Notes: generated by a model from the sequence alone, not told the origin. Numbered from the stretch's first letter, positions 38,072 through 47,438 are shown. The stretch is DNA of 64,000 nt from Candidatus Culexmicrobium cathedralense (GCA_025061115.1 JANZKC010000001.1:64001-128000), one strand, 5' to 3'. Numbers and translations are program-made.

Positions 38072-38874
38072 GATACGTACCTCAGTGCATCTTTAACTTT
38101 AATGTTTGGAGGTACAGTTACCATTCTAATCCCAAGGCTTTGAAGTACACTTGAAGCATTTGGACCAAACCTTCCAGCTATCACGACTTGAACTCCTTTA
38201 TTAGCTAAATACTGAGAAACTGCTATTCCAACTCCATGCGGCTGATAAATGTATTGATTAGGCTCTACAGCAACGTTCTTAACCTGTCCTTCCTCCAGGT
38301 CAATTATCGTAAATGCTGGAGCTCTACCAAATTGCATTGAAACGAAGTCATCAAGCCCACCTCGCCCAATACATGCAACTGCAACTCTTAGCATACCCGA
38401 CTTGACCCTAGGTCTTTGAGCAGTAGTTCGGGCAGTAGGAAACAGCGGCATCATTGGAGGAGGAAGTTGATAGGGCATAAATGGATATCCCCTCCTTCTA
38501 CCTCTACCATAAGCCATTCCGCTACATGAAGAAATTTGAGGATTATATGGAGTTAATTTCTGCTGCTTAACTTCATCAATAACTTCTCCAAGAGTCTTAG
38601 AGTTCGTTAAATATATTGATATACCTTTAGATTGGAATGCCGATGCAGCTCTAACACCAATACCCTTAACAATCACCGCATCTACACTTAGCTCATTCAA
38701 CAAGTCAATAACACCGCACCTATCTCCATGCTCAAGCATCACATTCTCAATTTTAAATGTCACATGACCATCACTGGTTAAAGCCACAATAGCATGAAAT
38801 GAAGCCCTACCAAAGTGATCTGACACTGGAGAGTCGAGTCCACAGTCATCGTCGAGGGGCACCAGAAACCTCAT
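38068..38874 (-). CDS. Tandem NifB/NifX-family (IssA/SipA-like) domain protein with Arg/Gly/aromatic/Pro-rich linker
   Basis: Two domains (HFGRA...GIGVRA; FGRAP...GRFGPNA) joined by CSGMAYGRGRRRGYPFMPYQLPPPMMP; start re-assigned to ATG 38874 (GGTGA RBS, TATA 38913-38906). Confidence 0.88.
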   Translation of the reverse strand: MRFLVPLDDDCGLDSPVSDHFGRASFHAIVALTSDGHVTFKIENVMLEHGDRCGVIDLLNELSVDAVIVKGIGVRAASAFQSKGISIYLTNSKTLGEVIDEVKQQKLTPYNPQISSCSGMAYGRGRRRGYPFMPYQLPPPMMPLFPTARTTAQRPRVKSGMLRVAVACIGRGGLDDFVSMQFGRAPAFTIIDLEEGQVKNVAVEPNQYIYQPHGVGIAVSQYLANKGVQVVIAGRFGPNASSVLQSLGIRMVTVPPNIKVKDALRYVS

Positions 38875-38907
38875 GAAATCACCAAAACATACCGAAATAG
38901 CTGATCT

Positions 38908-38933
38908 TATAAATTTTGTGCCATAGCACAAAA
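38908..38933. promoter_or_regulatory. Second copy of the palindromic operator, adjoining the TATA box
   Basis: TATAAA-TTTTGTGC-CATA-GCACAAAA; first 14 nt identical to 12325-12338. Confidence 0.8.
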
Positions 38934-38942
38934 CAACAACTA

Positions 38943-39269
38943 CTAATAAGATAAGATTATCGGCCTACCCTCAATAATAGCTTGAACAAGCTTTCTCCTA
39001 CCAGTTTCAAGACACCTCCAAAGAGAGCCTCGAGATAACCCCATTTTCTTGGCAGCCTCCTCCTGCGTCAGCTTTTCCACGTAGACAAGCCTCAAAGCCT
39101 CAACTTCATCCGGAGAAAGATGAATGGGCTCACCTTGAATTGGAATTCTAAATTCGTCAAGAGGAATGAACATCATGGCTTTAGGTTGAACTCCAATTAA
39201 TCTAGGCTTAGGTGGGCGGCCTGGTCCACCACGCCTCCAGCGCCATCTCCAGGGACCCTGATGCCTCAT
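38943..39269 (-). CDS. DUF134 family HTH DNA-binding protein
   Basis: GRPPKPR...EVEALRLVY..KLTQEEAAKKMGLSRGSLWRCL..GRRKLV.AI.EG; start ATG 39269 with AGGTG RBS. Confidence 0.9.
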   Translation of the reverse strand: MRHQGPWRWRWRRGGPGRPPKPRLIGVQPKAMMFIPLDEFRIPIQGEPIHLSPDEVEALRLVYVEKLTQEEAAKKMGLSRGSLWRCLETGRRKLVQAIIEGRPIILSY

Positions 39270-39423
39270 TCTAACACCTATTCCAAAGTACACTCTCAAG
39301 CAATATAAATAATGTCATGTAAATGAAATTCGCTCATGAAAACAGACTAAGTAAATTTAACCATGAAAAGCTTCATTAAAAATCCTTAAAAGCAATAGCA
39401 ATCACCTTTTAGTTGGTGATGCC

Positions 39424-39771
39424 ATGAAGGGGAAGGCCGTGCACTTCACAGAAATTGAACTTGAAAAGGTCACTGCTCCAGGAGCTAAGAATACAGCCGT
39501 TAGATGGCTCATATCTGATAAGGACGGCGCTCCAACATTTGCCATGAGACTATTCGAAGTTGGAGTAAATGGAAATACTCCACTTCACAACCACCCATGG
39601 GAGCATGAAATATTCATACTTGAAGGCGAAGCAAAAGTGAAAATGGGAAATGAAGAATTTCACGTAAAGCCAGGATACGCCATTTACATTCCTCCAAACA
39701 TTAAGCACACCATAGTGAATACTGGAGAAGGCACATTGAAGTTTCTATGTATGATACCAATAAAAAAGTGA
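39424..39771 (+). CDS. Cupin domain protein
   Basis: TPLHNHPWEHE..ILEG...IPPNIKH. Confidence 0.92.
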   Translation: MKGKAVHFTEIELEKVTAPGAKNTAVRWLISDKDGAPTFAMRLFEVGVNGNTPLHNHPWEHEIFILEGEAKVKMGNEEFHVKPGYAIYIPPNIKHTIVNTGEGTLKFLCMIPIKK

Positions 39772-39792
39772 TTTAAAGTTGAATAAAGCGCA

Positions 39793-40920
39793 TCAACTAA
39801 ACAACTTCCATGCCAAGTTTACGTATATTTTACTCATCTTAATCAATTCTTTAATTGAAATGTACTCGTCAGCTCTATGAGCAGCTCCAAGCGCTCCCGG
39901 CCCAAAGGTAATTATCTCAACGCCCCCCTCAACAAAGTACCTCATGTCAAGGCCGCCAATGCACATCGTAGGCTTTGGAGCAACTCCCAAAATTTTACAT
40001 GCAGCTTCATCCGCAAGCTTAACTATCCTTGAATTTGGATCAGTTACACAAGCATTTGACTTGCCAAGCACTTCGAGTTCAACCTTCAATTGAGGATCCT
40101 TAAGCCTCATCTCTTCAAGGAAAAGCGTTATTTCCTCCAATGCCTCATCAGGCGACTCCTCTGGAACTATCCTTCTATCAATGGTGAAGCTGCATATTAA
40201 CGGAACAACATTTTTAGCTCCACCAAAAACTTCTCCCGCGATATTCATCGTTGCTTTAGCACCTCTAGGATCAATGTAATCGTAATTGCTCTTCTTTGCT
40301 TCAACTCATTAATCATTGCATGCGCAACTTCAAGCATTTCCTCGAAGGCATTAACTCCAAGCCATGGAGTAGAGCCATGCGCAGCCTTACCCTTAACCAC
40401 AACTCTAACCCACAGCACCCCCTTATGACTAAACCATATGCACTCGGTTGAAGAAGGCTCTGCTATTATGCAGTAATCAGGAAAAGCGATTCCCCTACTC
40501 AAGATATATCCGACGCTTGTTGCACCGCCTAACTCTTCATCAGGAGTGAAGGAAAGCTCAATAGACCCATTGAAGTTTGAGCAAATCTCTGCTAACGCCT
40601 TAGAAGCAATGAGAATTGAAGTTATGCCGCACTTCATGTCAGTTGAGCCTCTTCCATAAATTCTCCCACTCGCAACCTTGGCCTTGAAAGGCTCAGTTAT
40701 GCTCCAACCAGAACCCGGAGGAACCACATCATAATAGCCATTGAAATGCAAAACCGGCCTATCGCTGACCCCCTTCAACCTCGCAAGGGCAATGAAACGT
40801 GGGTAATCAACCAAATTAGGGTAGAATCGGACATTCCTTATAGTGCTCTCCAGGAGGCACAACTGTTGGAAAACCTATTAAGTCACTTAGTATCCTAATG
40901 ACCTCACCTTCCAATTTCAT
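39793..40920 (-). pseudogene. ArgE/DapE-family M20 peptidase pseudogene
   Basis: Three frames: MKLEGEVIRILSDLIGFPTVVPPGEHYKEC (from 40920), HFNGYYDVVP...DMK..DEE..EP, then ...NVVP...DRR...AHRADE; two frameshifts and a metal-ligand His to Tyr change. Confidence 0.85.
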
Positions 40921-41077
40921 CGACAATTGAAAAGGCTTTCCTCAACAATTAGACTCGCCTAAAAATGCTGAGGAATATTAAGCATTTATAATTTGGCAAA
41001 ATCAGAAAGCATACTTTTAATAATCATCAAGCCAATATTTTAGTTGATGCCGCCAATTAATTAGGGAAAGTGAGAAA

Positions 41078-42130
41078 ATGGGTGGAATACTATTCATTGG
41101 AGCGGGAAGCGGCGGTGAAAGAATACTTTCAATAGCATATGGCACATTTAAAAATTTAAGAAGTCCTGAAAACTACTTCGTCGCTTTAAACACTAGCAGA
41201 AAAGATCATGAAAGGGTTAAGTCATACTTTGAAGAGAGGAGAATATCCTCATACCCAAACTTCATATTTGAAACCATTGGTCAAGCCGTTTTAAGTGGAT
41301 ATGGTGCTGGAAAAGACCCAAAATTGGGTTTAAAAGCTTATGAAACTGATAGAGAGCAAGTCGTTAACATGCTTAAAAAGCTACATAAAAAGCATAACTT
41401 CAAAATTGCAATTCCCATAGCAAGCCTAGGTGGCGGATGCGGAACGATGATTTTAGGGGAAATAGCCAATGACATTAGGGAGGAGCTTTCCCTTAGAGTT
41501 ATACCCCTATGCACCGTGCCATTTAGAAGGGAAGGAGACCTACTAATTGAAAATGCAATATTAGGGTTAAAGAACCTTTTGAGTAAGGGATTGAGCCCGC
41601 TCATATTTGATAATGAGCTTATGATGAGATTTAGCCAGACAGTTGGAGAAGGAGTTGACAGAGCCAACATAATAATTACTTCATTAATTTCAAGCCTAGT
41701 AGACTTGGTGGAGTTCGGAGGATTCGCAAACCCACCCATAGACATCATCGATTTAACGAGGCTGATACTGCCACAATGCGGCTTCTTTACAGTAGTCTAC
41801 CTAGACAATTACAGGGACTTTAAGAAGAAGTGGAAAGATTTCTTTGAATATCATAAGTCACTAATTTCAAGACCGATCGATGGAACAAACGCCTTTGTGA
41901 TGTTCAAGGCCAGAAGCTTTCCACATGAAATGGCTGAAAAAGTTCTTTCATACCTTCGAGTCAAGTATAAAGCTAAGGAGATAATACCCTCAACGCTTGA
42001 AGATAGGTCTTTCGGAGGATACACCATAGTTGCAATGGTTTGGGGAATGTCCATAAAAGACATGAAACCTAGACTAAAAACAAAGAGGCCACTTAGCGAA
42101 GAAATACTAAAGGCTTTGAGGCTAAGCTAA
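41078..42130 (+). CDS. Divergent FtsZ/tubulin-superfamily GTPase
   Basis: IGAGSGG (T1), LNT (T2), GYGAGKDP (T3), SLGGGCG (T4), TVPFRREG, FDNE, IDIID (T7). Confidence 0.85.
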   Translation: MGGILFIGAGSGGERILSIAYGTFKNLRSPENYFVALNTSRKDHERVKSYFEERRISSYPNFIFETIGQAVLSGYGAGKDPKLGLKAYETDREQVVNMLKKLHKKHNFKIAIPIASLGGGCGTMILGEIANDIREELSLRVIPLCTVPFRREGDLLIENAILGLKNLLSKGLSPLIFDNELMMRFSQTVGEGVDRANIIITSLISSLVDLVEFGGFANPPIDIIDLTRLILPQCGFFTVVYLDNYRDFKKKWKDFFEYHKSLISRPIDGTNAFVMFKARSFPHEMAEKVLSYLRVKYKAKEIIPSTLEDRSFGGYTIVAMVWGMSIKDMKPRLKTKRPLSEEILKALRLS

Positions 42131-42210
42131 TTCAACTTTTCTTTTTAAGTAAGATATTTAATTTAGATATCCAATTAATATTCTCGATTCTCACCTACAG
42201 CTATCTGGAG

Positions 42211-42543
42211 GTGGCGGCTGTGGGTGGGAAGCATAAGAAAAGCATTTCTCAAATGGAGAAGCAGCAGAGGTTAGCGCAACTAAGAGTACTAAGAGGTAAA
42301 AGGCGATTCGAAGCTATGGAAAAGACGGTAAGGGACATACTCGTTACAGATGAAACCATCAGTCAAATGAAGAGAGAAATACTTAAAATGTCATGCATAA
42401 CCCCCTCAGCAGTTGCATTAAAATTCAATTTGAGGTTAAGCGTAGCTAAAGACCTACTAGAAGAAATGGAGAAGAAAGGAGAAATAATTTTGATTTCGAA
42501 GAACAGGAGACTTTCAATATATAAGCCAGCAGCTGCATCCTAA
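42211..42543 (+). CDS. rps25e: 30S ribosomal protein S25e (eS25); start likely GTG 42220
   Basis: GGKHKKSISQMEK, ITPSAVALKFNLRLSVAKDLLEEM...IY. Confidence 0.88.
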   Translation: MAAVGGKHKKSISQMEKQQRLAQLRVLRGKRRFEAMEKTVRDILVTDETISQMKREILKMSCITPSAVALKFNLRLSVAKDLLEEMEKKGEIILISKNRRLSIYKPAAAS

Positions 42544-43193
42544 ATGAATTCACTTAGCCTACGAGAACGCTTAACTTTAGGAAGCTTACCAGTAGCATTA
42601 ACAACGCCAATGGGAGAGTAAGTCACATAACCTAAATCAACAAGCTTCCTCAAAACCAAATCCGGCTTAGAAATGCCAAGCATCTTCAAATCCTCCAAAA
42701 ACCTTATGATTCCAACACTCCAGTAATCATTGAGATACTCTATGGCTTTCTCAAGATCTTCATCAGCCACATGCTCTTCAGCCTCTTCAATTACTGGCTT
42801 AAGCTCAGTTTTCTCCGCTTCTTTAACCTCCAATACCTTATCTAAACTCTCAATTTTCTCCTCAGCAGCTCCACACATGGAAGAGCTAGTTTGAACCTCT
42901 TCAACTGAAGAAGCCTCAGTTGACTTCTCGACTTCAATGCCTTTCCGTATTGCAACAATACGTGGCACAGGATAAGCTACAATATAATCTTCAGGCTCGA
43001 AAAAACCCTCAGGAGCAGAAATTTTCCCCTCTTCAATTAAGTCGTTCAACGCGATGCTCAAAGTTATACTTCCAACATTATTTTCCTCAGCCCACTTAGC
43101 TAACTCACTAAAGGAAACTCTGCCTCCAGCTTTCTCAATAAACCTGTAAAGTTCATTCACAATTCTCTTATAGTAGTCTTCAGCATTCATCAA
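42540..43193 (-). CDS. Hypothetical protein: two wHTH-like domains joined by a Glu-rich linker
   Basis: GGRVSFSELAKWA...LNDLIEEGKI; AIEYLNDYWSVG...VLRKLVDLGYV; C-terminal RRLSEFI. Confidence 0.8.
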   Translation of the reverse strand: MMNAEDYYKRIVNELYRFIEKAGGRVSFSELAKWAEENNVGSITLSIALNDLIEEGKISAPEGFFEPEDYIVAYPVPRIVAIRKGIEVEKSTEASSVEEVQTSSSMCGAAEEKIESLDKVLEVKEAEKTELKPVIEEAEEHVADEDLEKAIEYLNDYWSVGIIRFLEDLKMLGISKPDLVLRKLVDLGYVTYSPIGVVNATGKLPKVKRSRRLSEFI

Positions 43194-43288
43194 TCAGCTT
43201 CACCGCCAACCATATAAAGCTTAATTTCAAGCTTAACCTCAATCAGCAATCTATTTCACTAACAACTATAAAGTTATTCTGGTGAACC

Positions 43289-43693
43289 ATGCCGAGAAAA
43301 CTTGAGAGAAAAGAGAGAAGAGCAGGGTACATGTACTTCAAATCCTCAGAAGTCAGAAGTAACATGAGACTTGAAGACATATTAAATATAGTGTTCACAA
43401 GAGCTGAGAAGTATAAGCACGCTGCACTAATAATACTTGAGGGAATTAAGGAAATCGCAAAATCGAGAAATAGAAAGCCACTATGGATAAGCGATAGCGA
43501 AATGTCCTTGCTAATTCATGAAAGACTTGGAGAGAAAAAGAAGAGCTTAGCTTATAGAGTAATCTCTGAATTCTTGGTTCCAATGGGATTCGTAAGCTAT
43601 AGGCCGGACGAGGGAAGATACTTCATAAGTAAGAGCTTTCAACTAGCATTAATAAGACTTGGAAATGCCTATGCAAGGTGGATTAAAAGTTGA
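43289..43693 (+). CDS. Hypothetical basic wHTH-like protein
   Basis: GGTGA RBS; YRVISEFLVPMGFVSY...GRYFIS; stop overlaps the next gene. Confidence 0.8.
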   Translation: MPRKLERKERRAGYMYFKSSEVRSNMRLEDILNIVFTRAEKYKHAALIILEGIKEIAKSRNRKPLWISDSEMSLLIHERLGEKKKSLAYRVISEFLVPMGFVSYRPDEGRYFISKSFQLALIRLGNAYARWIKS

Positions 43694-44772
43694 AAGTAAA
43701 CTTGGAAAATTTAGCTTATAGGATAGCTAAAGTAAAAGCAAAATTCACAGTCACAGCAATGCCGGACTTCTTCATCGACCACTTCATAATATTCCCGTCA
43801 AGCATAGAAGAATTAGTGATGGAGATTAAGGAGGCTGCAAAACGTCATGGAGGAAACATCTTCAAGGGACACCAATACCTGCTAAGAGGAGGATGTGCAG
43901 CTAACTTCGCCTCAGCACTAGCCAAACTTGGAGTTAAAGTTAAATTAATAGCAGAAACCAACATCATCGGACGCCATATACTTGAAGTGTTCGCTGAAAA
44001 CGTGGACTTAAATCACCTGAAAATTGGAGATGAATATTCAATTACAGCAGCATTGGAAGTTAAAGTTCATGATAAAAATGTGAATATAATGATTAGCTAC
44101 CCCGGCCCGGCTAGCAACTTCGGGCCGGAGAAACTTAATGAAAGCGATTATGAGACAATCATGAAATCCGACTTCATTGCAATTTTCAGCTGGAATATGA
44201 ACAAAAGAGCAAACAACCTAATAAAGGAGGTATTCAGTAGAGCTAAAAACTCCGGTAAAAGTAAAACATACTTGGACCTTGGAGATCCAACTTCAAAGAA
44301 GGATGAACTGAAAAAGCTGATTCGAGAAGTACTTGTCAAAGACCTGGTTGACGCATTAAGTGTTAATGAAAATGAGTTAATTCAATTGGCAAGTGCAATT
44401 AACGTAAATATAGGTGGAGACCACCAAGGAAGATTGATAGGCACCTTAAAGGCAGTTTCAATGAAATTGAACTTGAGAATAGACCTTCACACAGCATGTT
44501 TTGCAGCAACTGCCTATGAAGGCGAAATCAAAGTTGTCCCAACATTTGCTGTTAAAGTGCTTAGAGTTACTGGAGCTGGAGATGCTTGGAACGCAGGTAA
44601 CATATTTGGTTGGGGCATAAACCTAACTGATGTAGAGAGATTGATGGTAGCAAACGCAGTAGCAGCATACTATATATCTAACGAGCACGCTGAGCACCCT
44701 TCATTAAGCGATCTAGCTCGATTCCTCATAAATAATAAATCAAATCTCCATAAACTTAATGCAAATTGCTGA
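43690..44772 (+). CDS. PfkB family carbohydrate kinase
   Basis: GGCAANFASALAKLG, NENE, TGAGDAWNAG. Confidence 0.9.
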   Translation: MKVNLENLAYRIAKVKAKFTVTAMPDFFIDHFIIFPSSIEELVMEIKEAAKRHGGNIFKGHQYLLRGGCAANFASALAKLGVKVKLIAETNIIGRHILEVFAENVDLNHLKIGDEYSITAALEVKVHDKNVNIMISYPGPASNFGPEKLNESDYETIMKSDFIAIFSWNMNKRANNLIKEVFSRAKNSGKSKTYLDLGDPTSKKDELKKLIREVLVKDLVDALSVNENELIQLASAINVNIGGDHQGRLIGTLKAVSMKLNLRIDLHTACFAATAYEGEIKVVPTFAVKVLRVTGAGDAWNAGNIFGWGINLTDVERLMVANAVAAYYISNEHAEHPSLSDLARFLINNKSNLHKLNANC

Positions 44773-44783
44773 TAAAATCATAT

Positions 44784-45698
44784 TTAGGTAATAACTATGA
44801 CCTCCTTCTTTAAAACGACAACTGTATGTTCTGCCTGAGCAACCGGCTGCTCATTAACTTCAATCATCATTGGATACTCGCTGATAAAGCCCTTATCCAT
44901 AAGATACTTAAATGCTCTCTCAAATCGAGGGTTCCTGCTACTCTTTGTTAACCACCTCTTCGTAAATGGCAGAGTCTTGTAATTTCTCTGAATCTCTAGG
45001 AATAAACTTCGGGCAGCACCCATTTTGGGAGGCTTTTCGCTAACCAGCTTAAGTATGTTTCCTCCTCGCCTCCCAATAACTTCACCCTTCCCCTTCTTCG
45101 TTGTTGCGAAAGGCTCGATTGCATAGGCATTTTCAGGCTCCAATCTATTAAAAACATCTCTAAAAGACCTGACGTTTGGAATTATAATTCCCGTATGAAC
45201 CTTGTACTGGGCTAATTTATGACCGGCCAAATTAACAATGGGCTTAAAACCATAATATTTGATGGTCTTCTCAATGATCCTGCTGATCTTCGAGACCCTC
45301 ATTCTTGGCTCCAACTCTTTAACTACATTATCTAAGGCTTCCTCAACAGCAATGATCAGCTCTTCATGTTCAGAATTAACATTAACTGTAATTGCGGAGT
45401 CTGCAATAAATCCGCTGTAATGAGCGCCAACATCAACTTTGACGAGAGAGCCTTCCGGAATGGTTTTAATGCTATTTGCAGGAGGAGTGTAATGTGCTGC
45501 AACATGATCTATGCAAATATTACATGGAAAAGCAGGCTTACAGCCTAAACGCTCAACTATTCGCTCAACTTCCTCGCAGATACTTAACAGCTTAGCTCCA
45601 CTTCTCACAGCATTCTTTGCCCAATGCTTAGCTCTTTTAACTGCTTCGCCAGCTTTCAAGTAGTATTCGACAACCTCGTCCATACTCAATTTAATCAC
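44784..45698 (-). CDS. map: Methionine aminopeptidase type II
   Basis: AFPCN, AAHYTP, KVDVGAH..G.IADSA, NLAGH, AIEPFAT, AQAEHT. Confidence 0.95.
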   Translation of the reverse strand: MIKLSMDEVVEYYLKAGEAVKRAKHWAKNAVRSGAKLLSICEEVERIVERLGCKPAFPCNICIDHVAAHYTPPANSIKTIPEGSLVKVDVGAHYSGFIADSAITVNVNSEHEELIIAVEEALDNVVKELEPRMRVSKISRIIEKTIKYYGFKPIVNLAGHKLAQYKVHTGIIIPNVRSFRDVFNRLEPENAYAIEPFATTKKGKGEVIGRRGGNILKLVSEKPPKMGAARSLFLEIQRNYKTLPFTKRWLTKSSRNPRFERAFKYLMDKGFISEYPMMIEVNEQPVAQAEHTVVVLKKEVIVIT

Positions 45699-45827
45699 GA
45701 TTAATTATTTGCCCACACGAGACTTAAAATCTTATTTGAGAAGAAAGCAGCTTCAATGCCTAATGATAATCGCTAAATAATAAAAGTTAATGGTTTAGGG
45801 CTCAGCCCTGAAATGATTGTTGTCAAT

Positions 45828-46285
45828 CTAGTAAAAGAATGGTACATCCTTCCAAGCTACGTCCATCCAGTCAAACTCGGTTACAACTTCACGTTTTGAA
45901 ACCACTTTATGCATTCCCTTAAGCAAAGCATGATGTCTAACCTCATCATCCAAAATATACCTCAATACATATGATATGCGCTTATCCTCTATGTCGCCTA
46001 ATAGCTCTTTAATAACTTCAACCATCTCAGCTTCAACTTTAATATGCTTATCAATAACCTTCTCAAGCGATAAATACTCTTCATCAGTTAATGGTTTGCT
46101 CAAACCTTTCAAGTGAATTATTAGGGCGCGAATTAGCTCGGCATGCTTCAACGAATCATGAACAACGCTTTTAATCAGCACCTTTACCAGCTCATTCCCC
46201 AGGGAAGACGTTGCCTCATCCAAAGAAAGTGCATTTTCCTTCTCAATTAACATTTGTCTTTCTAATATTTCTATGAATTTTTCAT
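45828..46285 (-). CDS. Ferritin/rubrerythrin-like four-helix di-iron protein; likely start ATG 46285 needs one extra base in an A5 run
   Basis: DSLKH and DEVRHH motifs; helix 1 (KFIEILERQMLIEKE) lies upstream of the annotated ATG 46253; TATA about 25 nt before ATG 46285. Confidence 0.8.
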
Positions 46286-46287
46286 AT

Positions 46288-46308
46288 TTAATGATAATTC
46301 ATCATTAA
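46288..46308. promoter_or_regulatory. Palindrome between the TATA box and start of the ferritin-like gene
   Basis: TTAATGAT-AATTC-ATCATTAA. Confidence 0.55.
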
Positions 46309-46355
46309 CTTAAATATTTAATGCAAGTTACAGCACCCGCAAGCCTAAATTGAAA

Positions 46356-47438
46356 TTACTTAAGTTTCATCACTGGAGCTCTACCTAAGAAACCCAAGTC
46401 AGCCATTTCTCCTGGCTCATTCTCAGTAAGTACAACTCTAATCCCTGAAGGCTTACCCTTAGATTTCAATAGAGCATATATGTCAAGCAGAAAATTTCTC
46501 AAAATCTTACTACTCATTTTAGGTAAAACTGCCATATCAAAACCAGCTACGCAAACCGCTGAAAGAGAAAGCAAGTTATATGCAGTTAATTTACCCTCTT
46601 TACCCAATTCCATAAGCCTAGAATCCTCCGCATATGGCAACATGACCTCATTGAAGCCAATGCACTTGAAACCTTCATTGACTATTTCTCTTATTCTTTC
46701 ATTTAGCTTAAAAATGGCATGGTATGTAGCCGGCTCATAGAAATCTTCACCACTAACCATTTCAATTAGTCTCGCAACGCTATCATCCATCCATGGTGAA
46801 ATCGATAAGTCAATGCCAAAATTATCAATACTAAGTTTATTAGAAATGAAATTTAAAATACACATCGCAGCATTATAACAAGCTTTAATTTCAGCAGTTA
46901 AAGATCCATTATTTCTTAGCGCACTAACTAAATTTCCAACATAAAGCAGTGCTGCTGAAACCCCTATTCTTCCCTTAACCGCTGAAGCAGCTGGAAAGTA
47001 GGGAGTTAATATGTGACTTTTAATTGAAAATGAAACTTTAACGAAGTGCTCTGGACTCAATCTATTCAAAATTAATTCAAGAAGCTTTTGAAAAACTCTT
47101 AATTGAACTTCATTTCCAGAGAGTGAAATAAAAATGCGTCTATGCATAGATAAAACTTCCAGTATTTTCGGTATATCATCTTCATTTGCATTTACTATAG
47201 GGATGGCAATGTAGTCGATTTCATCTGAAAGTCCCCTTTCAAGTTTTTCAGCTATCATAGCTACGCGCCCTGCTGGTTGTGGAGCTAAAGCTAATCTCTT
47301 TGTCCAAATTTCAATGCCAAATTTGCCATAAACATCGTTGATTAAATCGCTTAAGGTTGGACTAAATCGGCTTAAGTCACCCTTAAGCAACTCGGGATCG
47401 ACGTGAAATGTCAACGCGCGAATCTTCATTCGAATCAC
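46356..47438 (-). CDS. DUF711 family protein
   Basis: MKIRALT, TPYFP, GIDLSISPW, GFNEVMLPYAED, SAVCVAGFDM. Confidence 0.85.
   Translation of the reverse strand: MIRMKIRALTFHVDPELLKGDLSRFSPTLSDLINDVYGKFGIEIWTKRLALAPQPAGRVAMIAEKLERGLSDEIDYIAIPIVNANEDDIPKILEVLSMHRRIFISLSGNEVQLRVFQKLLELILNRLSPEHFVKVSFSIKSHILTPYFPAASAVKGRIGVSAALLYVGNLVSALRNNGSLTAEIKACYNAAMCILNFISNKLSIDNFGIDLSISPWMDDSVARLIEMVSGEDFYEPATYHAIFKLNERIREIVNEGFKCIGFNEVMLPYAEDSRLMELGKEGKLTAYNLLSLSAVCVAGFDMAVLPKMSSKILRNFLLDIYALLKSKGKPSGIRVVLTENEPGEMADLGFLGRAPVMKLK

Noticed and set aside
38875-38931. N-terminal extension MCYGTKF... of the NifX ORF
   Set aside because: Overlaps the operator and TATA box; RBS supports ATG 38874
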